DNA from: an uncultured virus (IMG/VR IMGVR_UViG_3300025096_000011)
Lineage: Duplodnaviria > Heunggongvirae > Uroviricota > Caudoviricetes
Virus record (IMG/VR): IMGVR_UViG_3300025096_000011
Length of the DNA: 64,000 bases
Strand: one strand, 5' to 3'
The position numbers and the translations under genes were made by a program. Below, one piece after another: positions 25,434 to 36,400 of this stretch (position 1 is the stretch's first letter; each line of letters opens with the position of its first letter). The notes beneath the pieces were generated by a model. The model had not been told where the DNA came from, searched no databases, and saw only the letters and a program-made list of their open reading frames with translations.

Positions 25434-25802
25434 TTATGCCGCAAGTAGCTTGGTTATGACACGGTTAGCAGGGTTCTTCGCGGTGCTCGATGTTGTCGCG
25501 GTCGCAGTGACAAGAGCCGTTAAGGCTGTTGCGAAGCTAACCCCTTCGGAGAAAACGAAACGGCCTATAGACGCGGGCGGTACGTAAAGTACGATCGTAG
25601 GTGCTGTGTTATTCGTCGCTGATCCGGTGTCATACAGTTTTAGGAACACCGGATTATCTTGGTTCATTCGGTTGTCTACTTCGGCGCCGTAGAACGTAGC
25701 GGCGGCTCCTGTGATGTTGGTCTGCGCTGTAGCGTTACTATTTCTATCGACATAGATGCTATCGACTAATCGCGTGAATGTTGAACTGGAAACAAACGCC
25801 AT
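25434..25802 (-). CDS. small beta-rich virion protein, paralog A
   Basis: Shares NITG...DN...FLKLYD...EG..F pattern with three neighbours. Confidence 0.65.
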   Translation of the reverse strand: MAFVSSSTFTRLVDSIYVDRNSNATAQTNITGAAATFYGAEVDNRMNQDNPVFLKLYDTGSATNNTAPTIVLYVPPASIGRFVFSEGVSFATALTALVTATATTSSTAKNPANRVITKLLAA

Positions 25803-25805
25803 TGC

Positions 25806-26186
25806 TCACCCCAAAACCAGTGTGACTTTAATCTTACCCGTAGCAGTTGTGATGTTTGGCACACTGGTCGAGTTGAGTGTGCTGGACCCCGAGCACCAAA
25901 AAGACAAACTCTGATCAAAGGGTATGCCGTCAGGAAAAGTGAATGTTCTCTTACTGATTTTAGGGCAGGGTACGCTAACTCGAATCTCATCCGAGCCTAT
26001 TGTGCCCGATGTACCGTTAGAACAACGAATCCAGTTAATGTCATCACCTTCGATATTGTCGACGATGATTGACTTTAAGACGCATGGACCGCCTGATACG
26101 TTCTTATTGATCGTAGCTTTGCAGTCATCAGAGTGAACAACTCGATGCCTAAACGAACGATCAAACTCCGAAGCGAATAGTGTCAT
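25806..26186 (-). CDS. small beta-rich virion protein, paralog B
   Basis: NVSG...DN...FPDGIPF..LSFW. Confidence 0.65.
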   Translation of the reverse strand: MTLFASEFDRSFRHRVVHSDDCKATINKNVSGGPCVLKSIIVDNIEGDDINWIRCSNGTSGTIGSDEIRVSVPCPKISKRTFTFPDGIPFDQSLSFWCSGSSTLNSTSVPNITTATGKIKVTLVLG

Positions 26187-26189
26187 TCA

Positions 26190-26381
26190 TTACTTCTTGG
26201 AGATTGCAGCCATGGCTTTCTCGGCTGAGTCACCCGCAATGTACGCTAACGCCAAATACAGCCACTGATCTGACGCAAGCATGCCAGCGGAGAGTAGTCC
26301 GGTACCAAGAACCAATACAGCAAGACGGCGCCAAGAGACGCGTTTTTGGGAGCAGAAGAGCGAGTTGATAAAGTCTTTCAT
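26190..26381 (-). CDS. holin-like two-TM protein
   Basis: 63 aa; SWRRL followed by two hydrophobic helices, AYIAG and a basic C-terminus. Confidence 0.65.
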   Translation of the reverse strand: MKDFINSLFCSQKRVSWRRLAVLVLGTGLLSAGMLASDQWLYLALAYIAGDSAEKAMAAISKK

Positions 26382-26388
26382 GTAATCC

Positions 26389-26760
26389 TCAAGTTGCGAG
26401 AACGCGAACGGTGAAGAGAGAAGCAGGTTCCGTTTGCGAAGAACCGCTGGCTACGGTTGATGTACCCCAAAAGGATACACCCGCAGAATATGCGTGGCCG
26501 TCACCTACAATGTAAGAAACAGCCCTACCAAGCGGGAAGTAAAATACAAAGTCAGGTACAGTGCTGGACGATGTTGCACTGCTGTTGTCAGCAATCTTTA
26601 CGTAACTTGCAACTTGGTTCGTTGTGTTGTCACCGTACACACAGTAGATATTTCCTGATGAGTTACCCGTTATGTTAGCTTCAGCCGTAGTGTCGGCATC
26701 CGTGTCTGTGATTAGGTAGGTAGCGAGATTGTCTGCGACATCAGCCTTTGTAACAGCCAT
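26389..26760 (-). CDS. small beta-rich virion protein, paralog C
   Basis: NITG...DN...YVKIAD...DG..Y..VSFW. Confidence 0.65.
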   Translation of the reverse strand: MAVTKADVADNLATYLITDTDADTTAEANITGNSSGNIYCVYGDNTTNQVASYVKIADNSSATSSSTVPDFVFYFPLGRAVSYIVGDGHAYSAGVSFWGTSTVASGSSQTEPASLFTVRVLAT

Positions 26761-26769
26761 GATAGTCTC

Positions 26770-27156
26770 CTAAGAAGTAACGAGAGTAATGAGTACAGTG
26801 TTCGCAGGAGCCGTTGTGCCCGCTACAGCGCCGGAAGTTACGCACCACATACTAAGTTTCGTGAAGTCAATACCCTCGGGCATTGTGTACGTAACTTCAG
26901 TTGACGCAGGAACCTTGATCATTAGGTCCGCGTTTGTAGTTCCCACAGTGATGCTTGACTCGGTAAACGTCATCTTCAAAAAGACAGGGTTTCCTACCTT
27001 GTTGTCAATGTTCATCGAGTAGAGAAAGCCAGCCTCGCCGTTTGTCATATCAACGCGGGCAGTAGCTGTTCCGCTGTTCGATCCGCTCAATGCGGTATCG
27101 TGGATAATCTTGTATGGGAGAATGGAACTATCAAAGTCCGCAGTCTTAAATGCCAT
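26770..27156 (-). CDS. small beta-rich virion protein, paralog D
   Basis: GFLY...DN...VFLKM...PEGIDF..LSMW. Confidence 0.65.
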   Translation of the reverse strand: MAFKTADFDSSILPYKIIHDTALSGSNSGTATARVDMTNGEAGFLYSMNIDNKVGNPVFLKMTFTESSITVGTTNADLMIKVPASTEVTYTMPEGIDFTKLSMWCVTSGAVAGTTAPANTVLITLVTS

Positions 27157-27227
27157 CGTCGGCTCCTTGAGGTGTCTCTATTATGTGTGTTAACTGATTT
27201 GGTTTCAAGCAGTAAATACTCAAACCC

Positions 27228-28412
27228 CTAAACTGGTAAGTATACATTTGCGCGTAAAGCTTCAAACTTACGGTCGCCTTCATAGTTGAAGTCATCTTTA
27301 ACCTGTGTCCAGTTGGCGCCATTATCCGTGCTTTGGCCTACGTCGCCACCGTCTCCACTCGCACCATCCGAACCGACGAGCCACACGCCATTCCCATCGG
27401 TCGCGATGGTGTTAATGTTTCCGCCGATCACGTTACCGCTGCCAACCATTACCTTGCCGGATGAACGAACAGATACCGTTGTACCATTTACATCGAGTGC
27501 CATTGTCGCAGCTAGACCCGAAGCGATAACCACACCGCCGCCGCACGCAATCGTTGTTCTCTTGTTGCCGGTTTGTGCTGTGTTTACGTCGCCACTACTA
27601 TGCGTCAACTCTTGAGTGCCCCAAGTTGCGTTACTGCCGCCACCCATTTCTGTTGCAAATGCTGACGCACCAACAGTGTTTATCTGACCGGGATCGCCAA
27701 CATCGAGAACAACCCAAGTGTTGTTTGTGAAGCCGACATCGACAACCACACCGCCTGGGTATGAATCTACTGGCGCCCAACTACTCCCGTTATCTGTGCT
27801 TGCAAATAAGTTAGACTGCTGCCCGAAGACCCAACTACCAGCACCGTCTGTTGCGAGGCCGTACACAGTTTGTATATTCATACCCGTGACGCCAGATAAG
27901 TCAATCTCAGCCCAGCTTGCACCATCCGTTGAGCGATATAACTCTTTCGCACTGTTGGTCATGTGCCCCATAGCGATCCAGACGTCATTACCCCATGCGA
28001 TTGTTCGACATTTCATAAGGTCTTCGTTGCTGCTGTCGGATGAAACACTTGTCCATGTGCTGCCATCGGTCACATCGTTATTTCCGTCGTGAGCAATCTC
28101 AATACTACTACTACCGGTAACTGTGGCCCAAAGTCCGTTACCACTGCCGTCTTTTCCATAAGCAATCCAGTAACTGTCGGGATGTGTGTTTTGGATTACT
28201 GTAGTACCCGTCCAGTCTGTCCGGTCACTGTGCGGAGCATAGGAGATGAAAATGTGGCTACCGTTTCCGTCGTGTGCCGCTACCCAACGTGTTGCTGTTT
28301 GACCGGCGGCTGCTGCCTCTACATCATTAACCTTGGCGATGTTTCCCACCGGCACATTGTTAACCTTGCCAACAGCCGCCCCCGCTACATTATTGACCTT
28401 AGCAATCCCCAT
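27228..28412 (-). CDS. BNR/Asp-box beta-propeller spike or receptor-binding protein
   Basis: Asp-boxes STDGASW, STDNGSSW and STDNGANW; N-terminal KVNNV repeats. Confidence 0.75.
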   Translation of the reverse strand: MGIAKVNNVAGAAVGKVNNVPVGNIAKVNDVEAAAAGQTATRWVAAHDGNGSHIFISYAPHSDRTDWTGTTVIQNTHPDSYWIAYGKDGSGNGLWATVTGSSSIEIAHDGNNDVTDGSTWTSVSSDSSNEDLMKCRTIAWGNDVWIAMGHMTNSAKELYRSTDGASWAEIDLSGVTGMNIQTVYGLATDGAGSWVFGQQSNLFASTDNGSSWAPVDSYPGGVVVDVGFTNNTWVVLDVGDPGQINTVGASAFATEMGGGSNATWGTQELTHSSGDVNTAQTGNKRTTIACGGGVVIASGLAATMALDVNGTTVSVRSSGKVMVGSGNVIGGNINTIATDGNGVWLVGSDGASGDGGDVGQSTDNGANWTQVKDDFNYEGDRKFEALRANVYLPV

Positions 28413-29960
28413 TTAGTCAACCTCTACCAGCGTTAATGCTGGGTTGAAGTAAACAACGTCTGCGCTAAGTGCTACCCCAAGAGCCTGTACAAAGTCTCCG
28501 CTTCCTGTTGGTGCTGTCTGCGTCATGCCTCCCGCAGTCGTGTTGTCAGCATACAGGATGCCGCCGATCGTCCAGTTCCAATCATCCTCACGGATGAACC
28601 CTTGAAGCAGAATCGTTCCAGTCGCAGTATCTGAGATTGCAGCAGGGGCGATACCAATAACAGGCATAGTTGCGATAGCGTCCGCATCAGAGATAACCAC
28701 TTCACCTGTAACCGTATGGATACACACAGTCTGGAACGCTGCGATTGTGCCACCGGCCAGCATTTGAGCCGTGAGTCCGCTAGATGTGTGGTCTGTTGAC
28801 GGGAGAAGTGGTGTCCCTATACTTAGTGACTTGCCCTCTGCAAGTGTAGCAGTGCCACCAATAACAAGATCACCGGAAGAAACCTGACCCGTTGTTGCAA
28901 TCGTACTTGATCCAGTGTCAATGTTTCCAAAACCAGAGGTAATGCTACCACTATTCAATGCTCCCGTTGCAACAGGTAGATCAAGAACAAAATCAAGGGT
29001 GTTATCACCATCTTCATAAGTGACTGTGATTCCAGTCTCTGTATTAGAGCCAACCATTGCACCAACGGTATCGGCTATGTACTCATTAAGTGCGGTGCCG
29101 TCTACGGTGTAAGCATCTGCTTCCATCGTGCCGTCGATGTCGGCATTACCACTGATGTCCAATGAGGCAGCTTCGATCTCGCCACCAGTCTTGAAGATGA
29201 CATTGTCGCCACCATCGACTTCAAAGATGATCTGGTTGTCCGTACCAAACTTAATGCGGTTGTCTGCATCCCGACCAATCTCAAGGCTGCTGTTCACAAC
29301 TGACGTGATGCCGGTCTGTGCGGCATCTACAGTAAACGTGAGATCAAATGGGTCAGCATCACTACCATCAGAAGTATCTGTAAAGTTGGTTGTAAGGCCA
29401 GAACCAATAAACTTTACTTCTTTGCCGTCGGATACTGTGACTTCGGTGCCGTCATCATCTTCCAAGATCCAGTTGTCCATGTTACCGGCACCGGACGTTT
29501 GAGAATCAACATAAGCTTTGATGCTTTGTTGAGTCGCCAGTGCAGTTGCACTGTTTGATCCCATTGCGTCTTCATCATTGATCGCAGTAACTGTGGCACC
29601 GCTTGCAAGCGTCAAGCTGGTGGACGCAGTAATAACCGAAGCTTTCAATGCCGCATTGGTAAGCGTGAGATCGCCGGTACTTGCACCCGTAGCCGATGTA
29701 GTACACGCAACCCAAGTGTCTGCGCTCTCGTCCCAAACAAGGCCGGCATTAGTGTCGCTTCCACGCTCAACGATAATGCCCGCGTCACCACTGGCGCTAC
29801 CAGAAGACCCGTTACCCAACTCAATGAGTTTATCGGCTATGACACTATTCGTAGTTGAGATCGTGGTAGTCGTGCCTTGAACAGTCAAGTTCCCAGAAAT
29901 AGTGGCGTTTCCTGACGCATCTACCTTGATGTTATTTTCGTAAACTGAGCCGCTATTCAT
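28413..29960 (-). CDS. virion fibre protein
   Basis: Gly/Ser/Thr-rich with ISGNLTVQGTTTT, LATQQSIKAYVD and ITSGFGNID fibre segments; cement-like C-terminal domain. Confidence 0.75.
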   Translation of the reverse strand: MNSGSVYENNIKVDASGNATISGNLTVQGTTTTISTTNSVIADKLIELGNGSSGSASGDAGIIVERGSDTNAGLVWDESADTWVACTTSATGASTGDLTLTNAALKASVITASTSLTLASGATVTAINDEDAMGSNSATALATQQSIKAYVDSQTSGAGNMDNWILEDDDGTEVTVSDGKEVKFIGSGLTTNFTDTSDGSDADPFDLTFTVDAAQTGITSVVNSSLEIGRDADNRIKFGTDNQIIFEVDGGDNVIFKTGGEIEAASLDISGNADIDGTMEADAYTVDGTALNEYIADTVGAMVGSNTETGITVTYEDGDNTLDFVLDLPVATGALNSGSITSGFGNIDTGSSTIATTGQVSSGDLVIGGTATLAEGKSLSIGTPLLPSTDHTSSGLTAQMLAGGTIAAFQTVCIHTVTGEVVISDADAIATMPVIGIAPAAISDTATGTILLQGFIREDDWNWTIGGILYADNTTAGGMTQTAPTGSGDFVQALGVALSADVVYFNPALTLVEVD

Positions 29961-30391
29961 TAGATGCTTCTCCAGTGTACGCGAATATCAGCCACCGCAG
30001 AACCCGCGTTAACATTTACTACAGCGTAGATTGTACCGGCTGTTGTGTTGGCTACATCTGAGTCGAAGTTGAAGTCGGTGTCTATGTAGAAGACGACTGA
30101 ACCTGTACCCGACGTAAATCCGGTTCTAATGGGTTGAGTGGACCCTGTGTTGCCCCCAGCAGTGAACGCCGAGTCTCCTATAGAGTCTCTTGCCAAGTAC
30201 ATTGTTACTTCAGTGGCAGTCGATATTGAGGTTAAAAATATCTCAACTGCATTGATCTCGCAGTTTCGCGGAAACTCCGAAGATAACTTTGAGTTTGTTG
30301 CGTCTTTTGTAACTGCGAAAGGACCCGCGTTACCGCTAAGCGATGCGTTATTGTGATAGGAGTAACCCATCACGTTCCAAAGATTCGCCAT
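29960..30391 (-). CDS. beta-rich putative virion protein
   Basis: GGAG RBS; coupled to the fibre gene. Confidence 0.65.
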   Translation of the reverse strand: MANLWNVMGYSYHNNASLSGNAGPFAVTKDATNSKLSSEFPRNCEINAVEIFLTSISTATEVTMYLARDSIGDSAFTAGGNTGSTQPIRTGFTSGTGSVVFYIDTDFNFDSDVANTTAGTIYAVVNVNAGSAVADIRVHWRSI

Positions 30392-30430
30392 GTCTGTCTC
30401 CGAGCGCTGCGGTTAGAGTAACACTTTTAA

Positions 30431-33400
30431 CTACTTGGGTATAGGTGGTGTTGACGTAATCATATCAAACTTAGGTGCATCTGCCTTTGCAGACACTTGA
30501 CGTGAAGTCTCCACAACTTGAAGACCCAGGAGAACTTCGGCCCATTGCAGGAGTTCGCCCTGTATGCCCATACGCTCTTGAATCGGCGCTTTTTCCAACC
30601 GAGCCATAATATCATTGAGTTCGCCAAGAGGTGTGAGAGCGAAGAGCATAGAGCCTGTACCGCCTGACATATAGGCTCTTTCTTTCTCGATGACTTGTTC
30701 ACCCTCTGGCGCAAACTCATCTCTCACACCAGGTATGATAGTAATCGTAGGTAATGGGACACCCATGTTCTTGAGTCCGCGCAGGTCCTTAGCAAGGTCT
30801 ACATTGAGGCGTCGAGGTCTTGAGTCTCTCTCAGTAAACGCAGACGCAATCAAGTTGGGTAGTGGGGAGTCCAGTGGGTCGCCCATCATGTCCAGCGCAG
30901 AACGTATCATGGCATTTTTTATATTCGTGTCTTCATCTACGAACATTGCGCGAAGACCGATAATGGGTAAGGCGATCACTGCCGCAGCATGACGTAAACC
31001 CGCGTAGATTGTGCTGTCAGGGTACAGAATGTCCAGGTACACATCATTGAACCCGGTGACGGGATCGTTGCGAACCATGCGTAGAAACTTGCGCGTGTCT
31101 TCTGTCATCGCAGGTTTGAGACTAACACCGACCCTGTCTCTGTGAAAGTTACGTCTCGCAGACTCACCTGGCTTAGCGTTGTAGAAGTCAGAGAATGTCT
31201 CACCCGCTTCCGTCATCGGCTGAATCTGGTGCATACGTTCACGCAACTTGCCCGCCAAACTAACCATTTGACCTGCTTCACCCTTTGACTCAAGTTCCTC
31301 AACGAACCCATCAGCGTTCCCCGCGAAGTAAAGTCGGAGCGCATCACGCATGTCTCTTGGTGTATTGGCGTAACCGCCGTAACCCTGCTCAAGTATCTTC
31401 CGTTTTTCGGGGTCGATTGATTCGATTGGGCCGTAGTCTTCTTCAATAGTCTCGATGATGACTGAGCCTTCGGGGTGATTTTTCAAGTCTTCCAGCGGCC
31501 CGTATCCGTTCTCGATCATGTTCCGTAGGAAGTAATACTTGTCTTGCAGTTCAGGCGGCATCCTCTCGGCGTCAAGGCCGTAAGGGTCAGCTACACGTTC
31601 ATACAGCAACTCTGTGATTGCTTCAGCACTGGTTGTGTAAGACCGGCGCAACACACCCATTCGATACGCACCTGCGGGTGTAGCCAGTTGACGTAGGATA
31701 AGGCGGTTTGCGTTCTTTTGGAAAGCCCAGAATGGGAACAGGGATGAGACAATCATGTGTCGGTCAAACTTGCTCATCGAGCCTGCGTAGTCGAACAATC
31801 CGTCGATAACGAGTCGCGCAGCCTGTCTCGGCTCCATGCCCGTTTCCATGAGAGTCACTAAGGCGCCGATACGTTCACGCTCGGACCAAGCTTCTGCTGT
31901 CTTGGCTACATTGTCGGTAAAGAAGCCGAGTGTTTCCTTTACTCGTCGACCTGCCGCCGATCCAATACCGTCAGTATTTTTGAAAAACGCATCAGCCTCA
32001 ACACGCATACCCGTTTTGATTGAGCGTTGCAGTTCTCGGGTGTCGAAGCTGGCGAAGATACCTTCTTCAACGGCGATTCGTCGAATGTCATCGTAGTTAT
32101 AGAACCTGGCCTGCCCTGTTTTGGGGTCGACCAATCGGAATGTTCTGCTGCCATCCCTAGCAACACCCTCCAAGATCGGGTTCACTTCAATGCGGTACTT
32201 CGAGACATTAAGCATCCTTCCAACAGCGTTGGCCGCTGCGTCTCCACCGGATTGAAGGACTCTACGTAGATTCTCTGCTGTTTGAGCACCACCTACCTTG
32301 TCGATCAACCCGAGTGTGTGCGCTACGCCAGGAAGCACCATCACGTTTTGCGTGGCTACTCGAACAGTTGATGCAAGTGCGGGCCTGTATCCCGAAACCA
32401 TCGCCATCTGGCTGAAGTGGTCGACTGTATTCATCAGGAAGTAACGCTGACGCACAAAGAATCCACCACGGGTCATACGGGTCTTCATGTAGGTGTAGAT
32501 AAACTTTACAAACGAACCTACTTCTTGGAGACTCGTCATCTTTTCAGGGTCTTCTATGACTTTTGCTTTCGCCAATACTTCTGTGAGTTTTTCTCTCGCT
32601 GCTCTTGGTATGTAAAAGCCTGCTTCCATTACAGCATCATCAACAAACTCGGGACGCATCCCGTAGTTACGCAACATTTCGTGCATCTTCGGGATCATGT
32701 CAGAGTCAATCGTCTCACCATTCAACCAGCTTCTCCAAGCCTTCATCGTATCTTGGTCAATAGCGAGCCCCAACCCTGACCAAATAGTGCGCGAACGGGC
32801 GGCTTGTCCGTGGGCAGCAAGTAGAACAGACGCGCGTAAGGCACCCTCTCTACCATATATATCTTCGATGCCTTCAAACATCGCTTGGGCTCTTTCGACG
32901 CCTTTGAGGTCCGTAACTTGACCGATGTGTAATCCGGTAGCTTCCATCATCAGTTTCAAATACTGAGCCTCTTCGGGGCGCTTCTTCTGCCCCTGGTAGA
33001 AACTCTCCATAAGGTCAGCAAACATCTGATTGCCTTTGTCGCCTAATGCGTCAAAAACCTTCGACATTGCCTGTTTGTTCGATCCCACACTCATGAAAGC
33101 TTCGTAGCCTTTCTTGAATCCTTCGGGCCCATCAGTCGCCTCGGCCATGTCACCGAGGAAGTCGAGTAGTGTTTTCTTCTTACCGTCAGGCCCTTTTACC
33201 GTTGTTTTAACCTTTGCAAGAGACTGAATAGTGTTCTGCATGGTTAGCATCGACAAGCCTATAAAGTCCTCGCCCGATGAAAGAGCGTCACGACCTGCCC
33301 TGAACTTGGTCTTCACTCCACCAAGAAACTGAAACAGGCGCTCCATACCACCTTTAGAGCCTGTTTCAGACACATGCGTAATCGCGTCACCGATAGCTTG

Positions 33401-36400
33401 TTCTGCTGACCGACTCGCAGCTTCCGCTGAGTGTCTGTGCTCGGGACGCAGTCGACGCATTACGACACCAACGTTGTCACCACCAAGTACGGTGTAAACA
33501 GCCAACCGCGCTGTTCGACGCAGCGCATCGTCACCACCAACTGCCGCAAGTATTTTTTCGTCGATTGCCTCGGCTGCTTCGGCTTTCGGTACATCGCGCA
33601 GAGAGATTTCTGGTGCGTCTTCCATTTGCTTCGCAATACGAGACTTAGACTCCATATTTAACTGCAACTCAGCAATGTCTTCTTCCGTCCACACTTTCTT
33701 TCGTACGCCATTGATCTCGACAGGTTTTGTAAAGACAACTGCCCCGTTCTGTTCAAGTGAAGACAAGATCAGCTTGGGCTCTGAGTTACGTAAGCCTTGA
33801 CTACGTGCAGCTTTTGCCAACTCCATCAACGGGTCTACATCAGTCTCAACAATCTGACTGGTGCTGCCCAGGCTCATCGCTTCTAAGGTTCGCTTGAATG
33901 GTGGTTCAGCAGGCGGCTGTTCTGTGAGCAGCCGATCCATTACGCGACGAATGTTGTCTGGTACTTGCTCGTCAACAGGGGAGCCAATCACGCCACGATA
34001 CGCTTCGGTGATCCAGACCTTGAACTTATTGAACACGGTCTGTACTGCATCATTGGGTACGATACCCTCGGCCAAGTAACTCTCGAAGCCTCGCGCCCAC
34101 TTCTCTTCAGCAATCTCAGTCCACCGACCGTTCTTGACCCCGCACCATTCTTCAATGACTTTTAAGTCATTAGGATCGATGTCACGTCTGAACACATGCG
34201 CCATGCCGCGAATAGCGCCCGTGAGCGTTGGTTGCACAAACGCATTGAGCACTGCTCGACCGTCTGACGCAATCTCAACTGCTGGTGGCATCATCCTTGT
34301 CGTGGCCATTTCAGCCGCTGCTACTTCGACTGTAACGTCATCACCCTTACCGAGAAACTTTGTCTTAGGTAGGTCTTCAATCGGCGCACGAAGAATATCG
34401 TCAGTAAGCCGAAGAACCTCACTTAATGCGTTTGTTTCTCCGCGAGGTATACCGAGTAGGTCAGCAATAACCTGTACGAACTTGTTGAACGCAGTCTGCT
34501 CACCAACTTTGATTGTTTGTAGCCAATCTTGAAACTCTTTGTTGCTTAAACCCCAGGCAAGCAACTCATCCATGTTTAGGTTGCCCGGTACAACGGGGTA
34601 CTTAGCAGCCTCCCACTCTTTAATAACTACCCTTGTTAGGTCATTGAGTGCTATTACGGCTTTGCTAAGTTCAGTCCCTTGATTAGCTATAAGCAATCCG
34701 TCTTTGATACGTCTTTGGGTGACAGCGTGTAGCAGTTCATGGAGTACAGTTTCTGCGCTAATACCGTTATTGCCAATATCTATGCCGCGAAGGAATACTC
34801 GCGCACCTTTTGTCTTCGAGTCTATTTGGGACAAACCTGATGCGGTAGAGTACTTGAAAGTCTGAGCAATCCGACTTGGCGCTCTTACACCATCGTTCAC
34901 CACGGTTACGGTTACGTCGTCAAGGTACGGAATGATACGGAACGCGATCATCCGGTCAGAAGCATTTTCGGCATCACTCGCAAGAAAACGTGCGACAGCT
35001 TTACCCGTCTTCAACTCTTTTATCTTTGACTCGAACCCTGCTCTGTCTAAGTTACGTATGCCCAAGACTTGTTCTGTCTTAGTAACTTGCTCCGCCACAA
35101 CTTCTGAAGCTTTTGGGGTGATTGTCTCAAGACCCTTCAAGTTAGCTTTGGCGAGGTCATCGGCTGACACAATATATTGTCGTGTCGATGTGCCATCCGG
35201 CAGGTCTACTTGGCGCCTACGTATTGGTGCGCCTCGCTTGATCAGTTTTTCGTATACGTTTATTGCGTCAGGGCTTGGGCTTACATCGCTGGCGAAGCCC
35301 TTACCAAGAGACTTGGCGTGTTGCAGTGCGCGTCCGTACAGTGCCGCACCAATACCTTGACCGCGTAAGTTGGGAGGTAACTCTACCGTCTTTACTGACA
35401 AGACATCATCTTGTACGCGGAACATGAGGCCAAAGCCATCTGCGTCTTTGATCTCTTTGGTTGTGATCTCGACCAGCCCACCTTCGACTTCGTTCATTTC
35501 AAACAGGGGCTTCTTGACGTCTTCGCCTTTGACGATCTTCGAGATATTCTGATTGAAGTAGTCTCTTGCGGGTTTGCCGTTGGCTGTGCCCCAGGCTCTT
35601 GCCCGAGCATCCATGATACTTGCCAGAGCGCGTGCCTGCTCATCAGTGACGTCGTAGGCGTCCCCGAGTTTGTTTGCGAGGACATTAGCCTCACCACTCA
35701 GTTCTACTGCACCCTTGGGCAACGCGATTCGTGGGTCGCCCGTGACTGGCTTGAGTTTTCTTGAGCCTGATAGAGTTTCACTAAGTAGCTTGGCTGCGAT
35801 ACCACGGGCTTCATTGTTGGCCCGCACTGTCTCGATGGCGCGATCCACGATGACCAGCGGGTCTTCAACATTCTTGGCCTTTGTCTCAATCTTAACCAAG
35901 AGTTTGTGTATCTTCTTCCTTCGACCTTTAGCAAGTTTCGCTTCGGTTTGAAGTTTTCTAAGTACTTCTTCCGCTTCGGGCGCAGGAAACCGTCGAGCGT
36001 AGTTTGTTGCTTCCGTAATCTGTTCCTGTGTCGGGCCTCGAAGTGCTGTGATTTGAGCCAACTCACTTTCGAGGTTTCCGTCACCGTGAAACCTATGTCT
36101 CCATGCCTTCGGGTCGTCGATAGCATCTGCAAGTGAATCTTTTAGTCGCGCGATAAACTGCGCACCTTCGGGGTCATCCACAGCTTCAACGAGTCTTTCC
36201 AGTTTTTGTACGTTTTTTCCGCTTGCTGTCTGTAGCTGTGTCAGCTTGCCGCCTGTACCAGAAGCCAGGATCTCGTTCTTTGCTGCGTTCAACTCGTCAA
36301 GAATATCTTGGGTCTCATACAGACCACCACCCTCACCACCGTAGCCGACACCCATTGCTCCTTTATTGCCTTCGGTCGCAGTCAACCGAGGCTTACGGAA

